From contig CM097885.1 of the NCBI GenBank assembly GCA_044892525.1, forward strand, positions 138,384,001-138,448,000: a stretch of DNA of 64,000 nucleotides. The letters are read 5' to 3'. Under the pieces are notes generated by a model. The model had not been told where the DNA came from. It did not search any database and saw nothing but the letters and a program-made list of their open reading frames with translations. Both the position numbers and the translations under genes were made by a program. Shown piece after piece: positions 46,932 through 59,816 of this stretch (position 1 is the first letter of the stretch; every line of letters begins with the position of its first letter). Source of the DNA: Schmidtea polychroa. Its lineage: Eukaryota.

Positions 46932-47615
46932 ATGGATCTAAAGATGGATTTAACTGGCGACCACGCTGAAAATCAAAATATGAACGCCATTTCAAAATCG
47001 ACAAAATCGCTAATGGAATGCCTACCGAAATCATGCCAAGACATGCTCACACTGAACATCAGACGATATGATGGACGAGGTTTAAAAGAAGCCGAAGAAG
47101 AATGGTTGCTGACAAATGGACAGCGATTGACAAGCACTTTCGATGTGTTATTAGTGGCAGAAGCAAAGACATTGTGGGAAAACGTCAGAGAAACAGAAAC
47201 AACAGATGTAAAAGCCAAAGCGTGGTTCTTGAATACGTTCACAATTACAAAATCTATAACTGACAAAATCAGAGAATTGGCAGCTATGGAACAGGAAGAT
47301 GATGAAAGGTTTGCAGCTTTTGAGATACGGCTAAGAAAAGTTTTAGCTGAAGTTGTAAATTCAGGACGATCAGAAGAAGATATTGTTCAAGACCTCATCG
47401 CAAATAAAGCAGGCGATGCGAGACTGCGGGAGATACTATTGACGAAACCAGAAACAAAAATTGAAGAAACGAGATCATTGGCGAAAATTTTTGAAAGTAA
47501 CAAAAATGGAAACCATAAAACAGAATTTGTTAAAGCAATCGGTCAAAGAACATACGCTAGCGTGACTGAGGGAGGGCTGATGAGAATTCAACAGAATACC
47601 CAAAATAAATTGTGA
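46932..47615 (+). pseudogene. gag: gag of copy A, truncated (zinc knuckles deleted)
   Basis: Helical gag with EQEDDERFAAFEIRLR. Lacks the CCHC segment present in copy B. Confidence 0.8.
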
Positions 47616-47817
47616 AATAAGAAATGAACGACGAAGAGGCGAGGCAGAAGAAGAGATGTACCAGACGAAAGATGGAAGAAATTGGAGTAAAATAATGTTG
47701 AATAATGATCAGGGAATACGGCGGAATTTTTATGGCATCGAAATTCGATCTGGAATTTACAAACTTAGTTCAACATGAGATGCGGATAACAGGAGGCAAC
47801 ATCCTCGACGTCAACCA

Positions 47818-50317
47818 ATGCACACGGAGAAAAGGATTGAAGAGCTGATAAAAGAGTTAATGAAAGCAAATGTTATTCGATGTTGCAAGAGTCCTTGGAA
47901 TGCCCCGTTAGTTATAGTAGGGAAGAAAGATGGATCTGTCAGGATGTGTGTAGATTATCGTGGATTGAATTCCATAACAGAAAAAGAGTCATTTCCTATG
48001 CCTAACACCAAATTCTTACTAGACTGTCTCGCGAATGCAAAAGTATTTTCGTCAATCGATTTAGGTCAGGCGTATTATCAAGTGGAGTTGGCTCCAGAAA
48101 TTCAAGAAATGACTGCATTCAGTACAAGAGAAGGACAATTTTGCTTCAATAGACTACCGATTGGCTTAGCAACAGCTCCTGCGACATTCCAGTGACTGAT
48201 GCACACAGTGCTAGAAGGAATGCTATTCAAGGGAGTAGTAGTTTATCTAGATGATATCTTGGTATATGGTAAAAGTCAAAAAGACCACGATGAGCTATTA
48301 AGGGAAATATTCAGAAGAATTAAATTGGCAGGACTGAAGATAAATCCAGAAAAATGCAAATTCAATAAAACAGAATTGTGTTTCCTTGGTCACACAATTA
48401 ACGAGAAGGGTATCCAGACAAACAGGAAGAAAGTGAAAGAGATCGAGAAAGCAGAAGTACCAAAATTTTCAAAACAATTGAGATCGTTTCTCGGATTAAC
48501 GAACTACTATAGAAGATTCATCAAAGACTATGCCAAAATCGCCGAACCATTATACGCTGCAACATCTGGATGCGATAAAGATATAAATTGGACTAAAGAA
48601 TGCAATGAGAGCTTCCAAACTCTGAAGAGACGGTTGTGCGAAGCACCTATCCTTGATTTTCCAAGAGAAGATAGGACTTTTATCTTAGACACAGACGCTA
48701 GTTTCGGAGCCATTGGTGCAGTTTTGAGTCAAATTACAGAAGATGGAGAAGAATCTGTCATAGCTTATGGCTCGAGACATATGTCATCACATGAAAAGGG
48801 ATACTGTGTAACCAGGAAAGAACTGCTCGCCGTACATGAATACGTCATGCATTTTAGAGAATATCTGTACGGGAAAAAATTCATAATTCGCACCGACCAC
48901 AAGGCATTGGTTTTCATGAACACTACAAAAACGCCAATCAGTCCGCAATTCCAAACATGGTTAGCTAACCTGTCGGAATATGATTTTGAACTAAAATATC
49001 GGAAAGGAGAAGAACACTCAAATGCAGATGGACTATCAAGATTAAAAAGTATGGTTTGCACCCAGTGTCAAACAAGACATGAAGAAGCTAAGGAAGGAAA
49101 ATCAAAGATTAGATATATATATACTATCCAAAGAACAGAAGCTATGGAAAAAGTATGGGAACAACAACAAAAGGACATTCGGTTTCGAGAACTGCGAGAG
49201 ATATTGGAAAATGGATGTACACGGGAGAAAAAAAATTGTTTTCCTTTTAACGTAAAAAATTCACAAATTGATGGAGGATTAATAACAGTAGAAAAGAACA
49301 AAAATATCTTAATGTTAGTCCCAGAAACATTGGCAGGCCTGTTAACAACAACGCTACATGAAGAACTATGTCACATTGGAGTTAAGAAATTATTTCATTA
49401 TATGGAAAAGATATTTTATTGGCCGAAAATGCAAGAAACAATCCAACTCTGTTTACAATGTTGCGAGATCTGCGCTAAGAGAAAGATCGATCAGACAAGA
49501 ACCAAGGAAACATTTATTCCTAGATATAGCTCTGAATTCCTAGAACAGATTGTTATAGATGTGGCTTACATGGAAATAAACGCCAAAAAAATATATGGTA
49601 GTAATGGTGGACCGTTTTAGCAAACTGATTTCTTTAACTGCAATCACAAAGCAAGACGAAGGGACCATTTTCAAAACAATACTTAATAGTTGGATCTATC
49701 GATTTGGAAAACCGAAGAGTATTTTAACAGATAGAGGCCGAAATTTCGAAGGGAATTTCCTAAGACAGAAGCTACAGAAACTTGGAATCAAACAGGAATT
49801 CAGCTCACTTTATCAGCACCAATCAAATGGTTTAGCCGAAAGAGCCATACGAACGATAAGAGATCTTATTACAGCAACATTGGCAGGCGGATGTGAAGAG
49901 AGAAACTGGCACGAACTTCTACCCAGAATAGAGTTCACTATAAATAGCAGTCGACAAAGTGCTACAGGTTTATCACCATTTGAGATAATTTATGGACGGA
50001 GTGTTAACCTACACTCTAACCTGAAACAAGCCGAGATATCAAGAAGCGAAAGAATCGAAGACGCGAGATTTAACTCGAGTAAAGCCGCAGACACTATGAG
50101 AGCTATGGATAAGACAAAGAGGGGCACTCGTGTTTTCGAGGTGGGGGAGGAGGTACTCGTACGTAAAGAGCCGCAGAACAGGCACAAGGATGGTATGCAA
50201 TACGATGGCCCATATAAAATCGCCAGATTTCTATCACCTCATCGAGTCGAACTACATTCACAAGAAGGAACGAAAGAAAGAAGAATCGAGTGGCTAAAGA
50301 AGTGGAAAAAGTCTTAA
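47818..50317 (+). pseudogene. pol: pol of copy A (RT, RNase H, integrase) with one stop and one frameshift; protease deleted
   Basis: SPWNAP, MCVDYRGLN, TFQ*LM (TGA at 48193-48195), YLDD, TDAS, HIGVKKL...CEIC. Frameshift in the A-run near 49585. LTDRG, AERAIR, YDGPY. Confidence 0.93.
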
Positions 50318-50483
50318 GAAGGGGAGAGTTAGATATCTTGTTGTTTTAATAATTAGGAATTTGCGGTTTTTGTGAATTAATTAAAACTTGTTATTTATAA
50401 ATTCTTTGATTAAATATATATTGTTAGTTTCAAGATTTTTGCTGCAAATTTAAAGATGGATCTAAAGATGGATTTAACTATAT

Positions 50484-52578
50484 ATATATATAAAATTGAA
50501 TGTATGTATGTGTGTCCTGTATATATTACTACACTGTTCATCCGATCGCCAAGAAACTTTAAGAAGTTGCTGGATACACTCATGGGAAGGTTTTAGGTAT
50601 AAAAATATTTTAATTGAGAAACTATTTTAACCAATGAGAGAGGTTCATGATATTTTGTCAACCACTGATATAAAATTCAGTAAACAAGCATTAGATAATA
50701 ATTGATGTTTATTTTTGTGTAAAATTTGTGTAAAATGTTTTTATCATATATTTACATTGATTTTGCAATGTTGAAAATACCAATAACTGTCCAAAAGCGT
50801 TTTTAATATGTATAAAAAATTTAAATATGAATTAAACATTCGTGCGACCCTTTAGACCGTCTGTATACAGTTAATACAAACAATCAACTTGCGATTACTG
50901 TTAGTAACATACGTGGACCGAAATCCTTAGAACAGTAAATGATGAAGTATGTGCGAACTATCGAGAAGCTTGCCAAAAATTAAATCTTCTTGAAAACGAT
51001 GCCCATTGGGACACGGCAATCGGTGATGTATCAAATACTGCTCAACCCCAGCAAATACGCATGTTATTTGCGATAATATTGACAACGTGATTCCCATACA
51101 ATCTAAAAGATCTTTGGGAAAAACACAAAGATTCCATGAGTAAAGACATTCTACGTCTTTTACGACTGAACGAATCCAGACATGCAATTCACACCAAAAG
51201 TATACAATCAGGCGTTGGTTTCGATTGAGGATAAATGTTTGGCAATCGCTAACAAAGAATTGATACAATTAGGCATGTGTGTGTCGAATCGATCTGCAAA
51301 TGACGCTTATGATCATGATTTAGAACGTGAAAGACACTTCAATGTGGATGATTTGGGTACATTTGTTGAAAAGAATCTTCCGAAATTGGTTCTTTGTATA
51401 TGAGTTCTTCTTCAAACATGTAAACTTATCATATGGGACGAATGCACAATGGCACACAAAAAATCATTGGAAGCGCTTGATCGTACACTGGAAGATTTGA
51501 GTGGAAATGAAAAGCCCTTCGATGGAGCACTAATTTTATTATCTGGTGATTTTTATCAAACTCTGCCAGTTATTCCACGTTCAACACCAGCTGATGAACT
51601 TAATGCATGTTTCAAATCATCAGTTTTATGGAAAATCTAAAGAAATTAACTTTGAAAACTAATATGCGTGTTCAATAACAAAATGATTTATCCACCGAAA
51701 GTTTCTCAAAACAATTGCTGGATATTGAGAATGGGATGATGGCAATCGACAGATCTACACAATGTATCACATTGCCAGCAAACCTTTGTAAGATGACTTC
51801 AACTAAAGACGAATTTATTCAAAACGTTTTCCTAAGTATCACGCGAAATTACAAAAATCATCAGTGACTCAGTGCACTTGCTACATTAGCCGCTACGAAC
51901 AATGATGTGAATGCAATCAATTTGAAAATTCAAAATGGAATACCAGGCGAAGCGATAACATATAAGTCTGTTGATATCGTGATGAATCAAGACAAAGTTG
52001 TCAATTACCCAACGTAATTCTTGAATTCACTGGATTTGCCAGGTATTCCACCGCATATTTTAATATTGAAAATTGGAGTGCCTATCATTGTTCTCCAAAA
52101 CATCAATCCACTACAACTTTGTGACGGTACAAGACTTTCGGTAAAAATTTATGATAAATGTCATCGAGGCCACAATTTTGAATGGTAAATTCAAGGGTGA
52201 AGGTGAACAGTTACCACGTATTCCAAAGGTCCCAACGGATATACCATTTGAATTTAAACGTTTTCGGCCGGACTCGCTTATGTAATGACCTTAAACAAAG
52301 CACAAGGACAATCGCTGCAACTATGTGGAATAGATTTGGAGAATCCGTGCTTCTCACATGGACAACTGTATGTGGCTACATCACACGTGGAAAAACCTTC
52401 CGATTTATTCGTGTACATACCAGACGAAAAAACAAAAAATATTGTATATCCAAAAGCACTCGAATAAATAAATAAATTGTATTAAATTGAATAAATACAT
52501 TTCCATTTGTTGTTTTAATTTTTGTGTACTTGAATTACTTTCTTTTGAGATCGCAGCAACGCGCGACGGGTAAGCTAG
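50484..52578 (+). mobile_element. Helitron deletion derivative with decayed PIF1-like helicase
   Basis: 5' (TA)n AAAATTGAATGTATGTATGTGTG. IIWDECTMAHK...LDRTL...SGDF.QTLPVIP and TLNKAQGQSL...FSHGQLYVA...TKNIVY. 3' GC hairpin plus CTAG|T at 52575-52579. Confidence 0.92.
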
Positions 52579-53724
52579 TTTAAATATAAATTAATGCTAA
52601 AGTCCTATTAAATTGAATAAAGATCAAATTAAGTATCTATGAATTTTTCAGAGTTTTCTCCATTACATTAATTGTAAATTCTTTATTATTGGCTTTAGAT
52701 GAGTATTTGAATTCGTCTTCACTTTGGACTACGTTTGGATTTTATAAATATCTCAACAATAATACCAATTACTTGTTTCGCCACTCATTATTTCGTTTTT
52801 AAAGCGCTTCAAGCATCCTTTCACTTATTTCGGATTTTTTATTAGCAAGAACATCGAACATGTATCTGAACACGTACTCCAGTCCAGAAGATTTGAAGAC
52901 AAGACTCCTTACTCAGTTCTTTTACAGCTAATTCAGTTGGTTTTTAGGACATTTAAAACCTCTTTCAGCATTTTAAAATCGTTTTCTTCATAAAAATAAA
53001 TCGTTCCTGTATCCGCCAATTCCTTTTGCACGCAAGGTTTTAATTGCAACAACTGTTCTATCACCTAAACCAATGTATTACAACGCGATTTAACATCAAG
53101 GTTTAGTTTAAGTTCCTTTGCTTCCTATTCAATGACGTGGTTTTGCAGAATCGGATTTGGGACAGTTGACAATTTAAAAAAGTTGATGAGTGGTTTTCAA
53201 CATCGATTTAATACTCTGTTAGAAAGGTATTGTCGAATTGTAAGCATCCTGCTCGACAATGTCATCAAAAATATTACTGCAGCTAGCTTCATCATCATAG
53301 CCTATAACCATAAATCAATATCATGGTCAGACTTTTGGCATGCAGGAATAGACTGAGAAATAGTCTGATCCAGACATAAACCTCAAAATTCAAACATGGA
53401 CTAATAGCGAGCTTACAATGGGGACTGGGTCAAATAGGTCAGCAAGCTGTCATGATAAATTACAACATTTTCAACTTATTATGAGTAGATACGGATACGA
53501 TACGGAAACTGTCTGAGGAGAAATAGGTTTTACATTAAATCAATAAATACCAACAGACTGTAATCTCTATAAAACCGAACCAAAATCAAAGTTTAATTCT
53601 AAACATTCAAACCATATTAAAGAAAAATAACATTGGAAAATATATCAAGGACAAATTCAATCGTTTATTTATATAAAAAATTCCATTTGGATGTCAATCA
53701 ATTATGTCTAGAAACACAGGAATT

Positions 53725-56700
53725 TTATTTATTGAAAATACTAGGTCCCTTTTCTGCATATTCCTGCTTAGTAATCCAGAAATTAGCTGGCCGGTCCTTC
53801 ATCATATTTGCCAAAACTGATCCACCCAAATAAACAATATGTTTTCTTTGTGGCGGATCTTCGATTTTTATTTTGAATTTCTAAAAAAAAATAAATAACG
53901 TTAATTTGACTCAATTTAATTTTTGTTTACATTTAATCTTTCAGTGTCCCCTTTCAAAACTCGCTCCAAATACAGCTGCTTGATTTCTCTCTCCAAGCGT
54001 GACGGTAGCCCCGGATACATTGTGCTACCACCACTGAGTACGATGTGTTTGTAAAATTCTTGACGAGTATCCATATCTGATGATTGTATAGTGCTGAACA
54101 GCATTTCAGCGATTCCAGGACTGTCAACATCTACTAAATGTGGCTGAAATAACACTTCTGGAGCTTGAAATCTTTCCCCGCTAATTTTTATCACGCGCCC
54201 ATCAGGCAATGTATAATTCTCTACCAATACAGTTGTTTCCAAAGATAACTGTTCTTCCTTTTCTACATCATAAGCTACATAACATAATTTTTCTTTTAAC
54301 TGGCGAATTGTTTCGAAATCTGCAGATTGGTTGAACGCATAGCCTCTTAGCAACAAGAGCTAAAGTAGAATTAATAATCCAAGTTGTTTGATTTATACAT
54401 TTAAAGTAAAGAAATCATATTAAATGGGTTCCATAAAACGAAACACGAATAATTCTCAATCTATTTTTACTCGCTGCGCATTTTTTATGTATTTGAAATA
54501 AACATTCCAATTTTATTATCAGTGCAGTTATTTTTTTGAAATTAATGTAATAATTTATAATTTAATTTAAGGTTAATTAAATTGATTAAAAAAATTATTT
54601 AAATTTTGTTACATTATTTTAAAATCAATTAAAAATATTTGTGGTGAATATTTGCTTAAAAGAGGTTAAAAGAAAACAAAAACAGGTTAAAAGTAAACAA
54701 AAAAATAAATTAACTCGAATAATTATGTGAAAATAGCAGGACAATGAACACAGCCTGCAACCATAGAACAAATTAAGGCAATTACAATACGAAACACCGT
54801 AAAAAATGAATATATGTCCTGAATGCGCCGAAATTTAAGTAGTAATTCTATAGAAAATGTTATTAACCTTAAATATTTCTATTTTCATAAATCTCCTTAC
54901 TTATAATAAATAGTATTATAATTATTATTCAATTAAATCAATTTATTATATCAATATCTATTTAATTATTAAATATTTATGATATAAATTAATGTATTTA
55001 TTAATTTATAGTCATTTAGACATTGAATTTCAATTGTTTTCATATTTTTATTTATTTTGACTGTTGTGGACCTCAGGTAGTACTGGGAACCCACAAAAAG
55101 CCTTTATCCGGCCCACAACGAATTAAAAAAATATATATTAAATTAAAACAAGAAAAAACATCAAACGTAGAGCTAATCATTTTTTATTTTGCGGTGCATT
55201 TCTGTAAGTACAATGGAAAACGTCATGCCCTTCTGTTTGCTAGGTAGTTACCTAAGAACGACTTGTCTTATTTTCCGAGGTAAAATTCAATACTTTCAAT
55301 AATTAAAGACAAGCTTATGAGTTATGAAGATAGGCTGAGAAAACTACATTTTGAGTTTAAACATAGATTTTAAGATCTCAATGCCATTCAAATAGAATTG
55401 AATATTTTCACTGTCTTTCAACATAAATTTTGAAGCAATGAGGCCGGATTTGCAGCTTGAATTAATCTAATAATCACCTAAAGCAGTTGTTTCTTGTAGT
55501 GTAATGTTATTTTTTCATTCGAGGCATACTCGTCCCAAAACCCCACAAAAAGAAACTATAATTCTCTACATTTGTCAATGTTTCAAAATTAGAGCTTTAC
55601 AAATCTTTATCGAAAGCAATTTTCCCAAATTATATATCTCAAGCCTAGAAAATTAGTGCAATGTTTGCCTCAACTTATATGTGAAAAAGTTTTCTCTACC
55701 ATGAACTGCAGAAAGAATTCTATTAGAAATAAACTGATAAATGAGCATTTAGCATCCCTTCTCAGAATTAGTTCATAGCAGTTCGAACCTGATTACAAAG
55801 ACTTTTAAAAATGCAGTTGCAATTTCATAGGTCACATTAATATTTTTATTTTAAAGTTTCAAATGTAGAATAAATTGAATCGGCCCGTTAAAATTTTCTT
55901 TTGTCTTTTACCTCACTCCTAAACTGAGAAACACTTAAATAATTATTTTTCAAATTTGTTTGAACTCATATTTTTATTTTTTTCAACTTGATGGGACTGG
56001 AAGGCGGTTAAATATTTAATAATAAATATATTTGGTGGATTTTATTTCGTGTTTAATTGAGTCTAAAAGCCATAATGGAAATAAAAGAGACGTTAAAAGA
56101 AAAAGAAAAATAAGTTAACGGTGAAAAAATAAGTTATTTCGAATAATTTCATATTGATTATCACTGATTTTTTGTGTGGCTGACTTTAATTATGAATAAA
56201 TTGGAAAATGTTTGCATCCAGTATTATTGATTACACAGATTCACAGCTGCAAGAGAATTTCAAATCTACTTTAACATAATTTTAACAGCTACTTTCATTC
56301 AATTTAAAACATGAAAATTATTTTTACACAAAATACAACGAGCTCTTACTGGCCACCCTTTTAAAAGCCTGAAAAATATCGGGTAATTTCAATTGATTAA
56401 AAGATGTTTAAAAAAATAATCGAATATCAAAAGTGTATGTGCTTTAAATTATAGCATTGCAAAATTCAATTATCCAAATGTTCACCAATCACGAATATCA
56501 CACGCAAATGCGCACACACACACAAATAATACAAACCGACAAAAAAGTTACCAATAAAATCGAATATTACAATACAATGATGATACTATTCATTAATATT
56601 AATGCGTATGTTTGTATTTTCTTAGTTACAGCCACGCTATATTAGTCATTGACAAACATCATCATAATTAAAGATTTCACATAATTATTATATTAAACAA

Positions 56701-57494
56701 TAAAATTAATATAAATAAAATTAAATTAATAGTTTTTGGAATTTTATTATGAAAATTTAATATTACACAATATAAATATTTATCAATAAAACATTAAAAA
56801 ACAGAAATTCGAAAATTTTTTAGTAATTAATAAGATATTTAAAATTTTCAAATTCAAACCTTGATAAGATATTTAGTTATATCTCGACCGGCGATATCGA
56901 GTCTTCTAGTTAAGTGAGGCAAAGAAAATCCTTCATAAACCGGACAAATGTGAGTTACTCCATCACCAGAATCTATGACAACTCCTGTCATTAAACCTTG
57001 AGCAATTAGAGTTAGTGTTGCCTGAATTGCAACATGCATGGCTTTGAATCCATATGTTTCAAACATTAACTCTCCCATACGTTCACGATTTTTCAATGGA
57101 TTCAATGGTGGTTCAGTTAATAATATTTTGGAATGTGTTGGGTCAACATTCAATTTTGTAGGTCCAAATGTATAATCATATAAATGTTTCATGTCATCCC
57201 AATTTCTAACAATACCATTATCCATTGGATATGAGCATTCGAGCATTTGACGTAATTCACTAGCCTCGTCACCAATAACCAAATCTTTAACTTCAACATT
57301 ACCAACTCGTGCAGATGCTCTTAAAATTGGTCTTCCTACCATTGAAGGAAATATAAATTGAGGAAAATTGGAGCCAGCAAAGCCACATTTTACAAACTAA
57401 ATTCAAACTAATGTATATTTCTTATTTGAAAACTTAAATTAAATACCCCAGTTCCATTATCACAAACGACAATGCGATCACCAGAAGAATCCAT
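53725..57494 (-). CDS. ACTR2: Actin-related protein 2 (Arp2/3 complex), 389 aa, 4 exons
   Basis: Exons 57494-57447, 57396-56860, 54359-53931, 53880-53725 (TAA). GT-AG introns of 50, 2500 and 50 nt. Motifs [56 protein letters not shown]. Confidence 0.97.
55200..55900 (+). mobile_element. hAT (GTF2IRD2/SPIN-like) 3' remnant in ARP2 intron 2
   Basis: EF..RF.D...LQLEL...F.STY.CE..FS.MN..K...R..L..EHL...LRI, with stops and frameshifts. Confidence 0.75.
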
Positions 57495-58111
57495 AAAAAT
57501 TTAAAGGAAATACAATTTAAAGGAAATAATTATTAATTAAAATAGTATTATTTAATTAAAATAGTAAAACAAAATTTATTAAATTCATAAAATTTGATAA
57601 TATAAAATTACTATGTACAGTATATATTTAAAAGTTTAATGTTAAATGGTGAATTCTAATAAAAAATATTAGACATTAGACAACTATTTAAGCTTTCAGT
57701 TATCATATAGTTTTTGAAATTTAGATTTAAGTAAGATAAATCCTTTAGATTTTAAATATTAGACTAAAATAACTAAACATAAAATTTTGATAAATCCAAA
57801 CGATATTACATAACACAAAAACTTAAAATCTTCAAATGTAAATAAGCCACAAACAAATAGAAAAGTAATAATGAATATTCCAGAATCAAATGAAATATGG
57901 ATAAGAAATTGTGGGTTATAATTGTTGGGTTATTAGGTTGGTGATAAAATTTAAATTTAATGAATTGTTTCTCTGACTCCAAGGGTGTCTTTGACGGATC
58001 CACAAATAACACTTGACAGCAGAAATCTTTATTGATAATCACAAATAAACGTTCACTTGACCCTGATAATCAATTCAACACTCTGCTTGATGACTATACA
58101 ATGCTTATAAC

Positions 58112-58813
58112 CAGAGCCTGTTAGAGCCTTTTGGAGGCCCAGGTCTGACATTATATGTGGCCCCCTATATAATGAAAAATATACAAAAATTGAAATTTTT
58201 ACTGATAAAAAATTTATTATTTCAAAAATAAAAAAAATATATTCCGAACATCAAAGTAATATTAATTAAAATTTAAAAATCCGCTTTTCGACCCTTTAAA
58301 GCTGCAAAAGAACTTATAATTTCAGAATAGTCCAAATTTCTAGCTATATCCCAATTAATATTTAGCGTCGCCAGAACATTTACACGATCCTGTATCATAG
58401 TTGATCTTAAATAATTTTTTATCCTTTTGAGTACACTAAAACACCTCTCTGCCTCTGCTACGCTAACTGGCAAGGTTAAAAATATTCTCAGAGCAATAGC
58501 AATATTGGGATAAATATTTAAAAAACCCCATTTCGATTATTTCTGTTAAAAGCTCACACGGTTTCGTGCAGCCTTTAAATTTTGATTGACTCTTTTAAGA
58601 AATTAAAATTCTTCCAGAATTTCTTCATCTATTTGATTTTCATATTTTGTTTGTAAAATTCTTGCTGCTTCAATTAAGCTTTTCTCTTCCATTTCATTAA
58701 AATTGTTGCCCTACGTAAAAGTGCGAATATCAAAGTGTTATTTGGGGCCCCCTAAATTAAGAGGCCCATGCAAAAAGACCCTCATGACCCCCCCCCCCCT
58801 CTTCCGGGGCCTG
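58112..58813 (-). mobile_element. 702-bp non-autonomous hAT element
   Basis: Perfect 8-bp TSD CTTATAAC (58104-58111, 58814-58821). CAG...CTG ends. Internal PVSVAEAERCFSVLKRIKNYLRSTM.QDR. Confidence 0.9.
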
Positions 58814-58877
58814 CTTATAACAACACTCAGTGAGGAACAGCACTTGTGTATAACACAGGATTAAAAGATTACTAATT

Positions 58878-59580
58878 ACTGATTGGTTTGTCGACCGGGA
58901 CTTTGAGCTGGTTAATTTCTTTGACCATCTTTACAATTTTATTCAAATACTCAAATAAATTCTTTCGTTTAATTTGTCAACTAATTCTTTTCTTTAAGTC
59001 TTCTCCGACAATTGTTCTTCACAATAATTTACTTTACAATTATTCTTCACAAATCGTTTCCCCAATAACGTTTCGTCCTGCTCTGTCTAATTTGTCGTCT
59101 CACTTTTTATATCTCAATTTGTGTCAATTTTATGTCCACCAGTTTCTCTTTATATAGCTTGCTTTATTTGTGGTCCATGAGATAATCAAATGTTTTTTTA
59201 CCATTTTTCCTACTGTCTTTCCCGACTGTTCCAATTTTATCTCTGAAAGCTGTCGAGATATTTTTCCATTTTCCTTTTTTGTTAAACCGCCTTCTCCCGG
59301 CAATTCCACTATCTTTGAGCTGTCAAGATACGGTTTTTTTCTTCTATTTTGTTTTTCTGGAATTAGAAATTCCTTTTCTTCTTTGTATTAATTAATTAGT
59401 ACTGACCTTTTGTTTTCTTGTTTAATTTTTTTTGTTTTATTCTTCTTTCTCATTTGTCATTTCTTTTTACTTCCGTTTTCTTTTCTGAGTTCCCATAGAT
59501 CGTCCCGTTTGTCATGACGATCTTCCCCAAAGTAATTTTATTTCTTTATTTATAAATTTGTTATTTAGGTATCCTCAACA
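58878..59580 (-). repeat. Unclassified repeat, copy 1 (possible solo LTR of a third family)
   Basis: Homologous to 60842-61400. Both start TGTTGAGGATACCTAAATAA on the minus strand and are purine-rich. Left boundary uncertain. Confidence 0.55.
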
Positions 59581-59816
59581 TAATTACACTTAATGTTTCA
59601 TTTAAATTGGGTATTTACAAATCCTTCTATATGTAACTTAGATATAAAATATACTTTCGTCGTGAAACAAGAGACGTTGTTTCTTTGAGTTTTGTTATTT
59701 AAATGAATGCTGCGTTCCGGCATGTGATAAGTAAGTTTTAATTGTGACCTTATGTAGTGTTGCCAGGCGTCCCGGTTCGATGTGGTGAACATCTGGCAAC
59801 CGTAACTTATGACTAC

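Larger units (their letters stand above)
46803..50479 (+). mobile_element. Small Gypsy LTR retrotransposon, copy A (3,677 bp, internally deleted)
   Basis: Identical 153-bp LTRs (46803-46955, 50327-50479) with AGTTA...TAACT ends. 5-bp TSD ATATA. PBS TGGCGACCACG (tRNA-Arg-like). PPT AAGAAGGGGAG. Confidence 0.95.
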
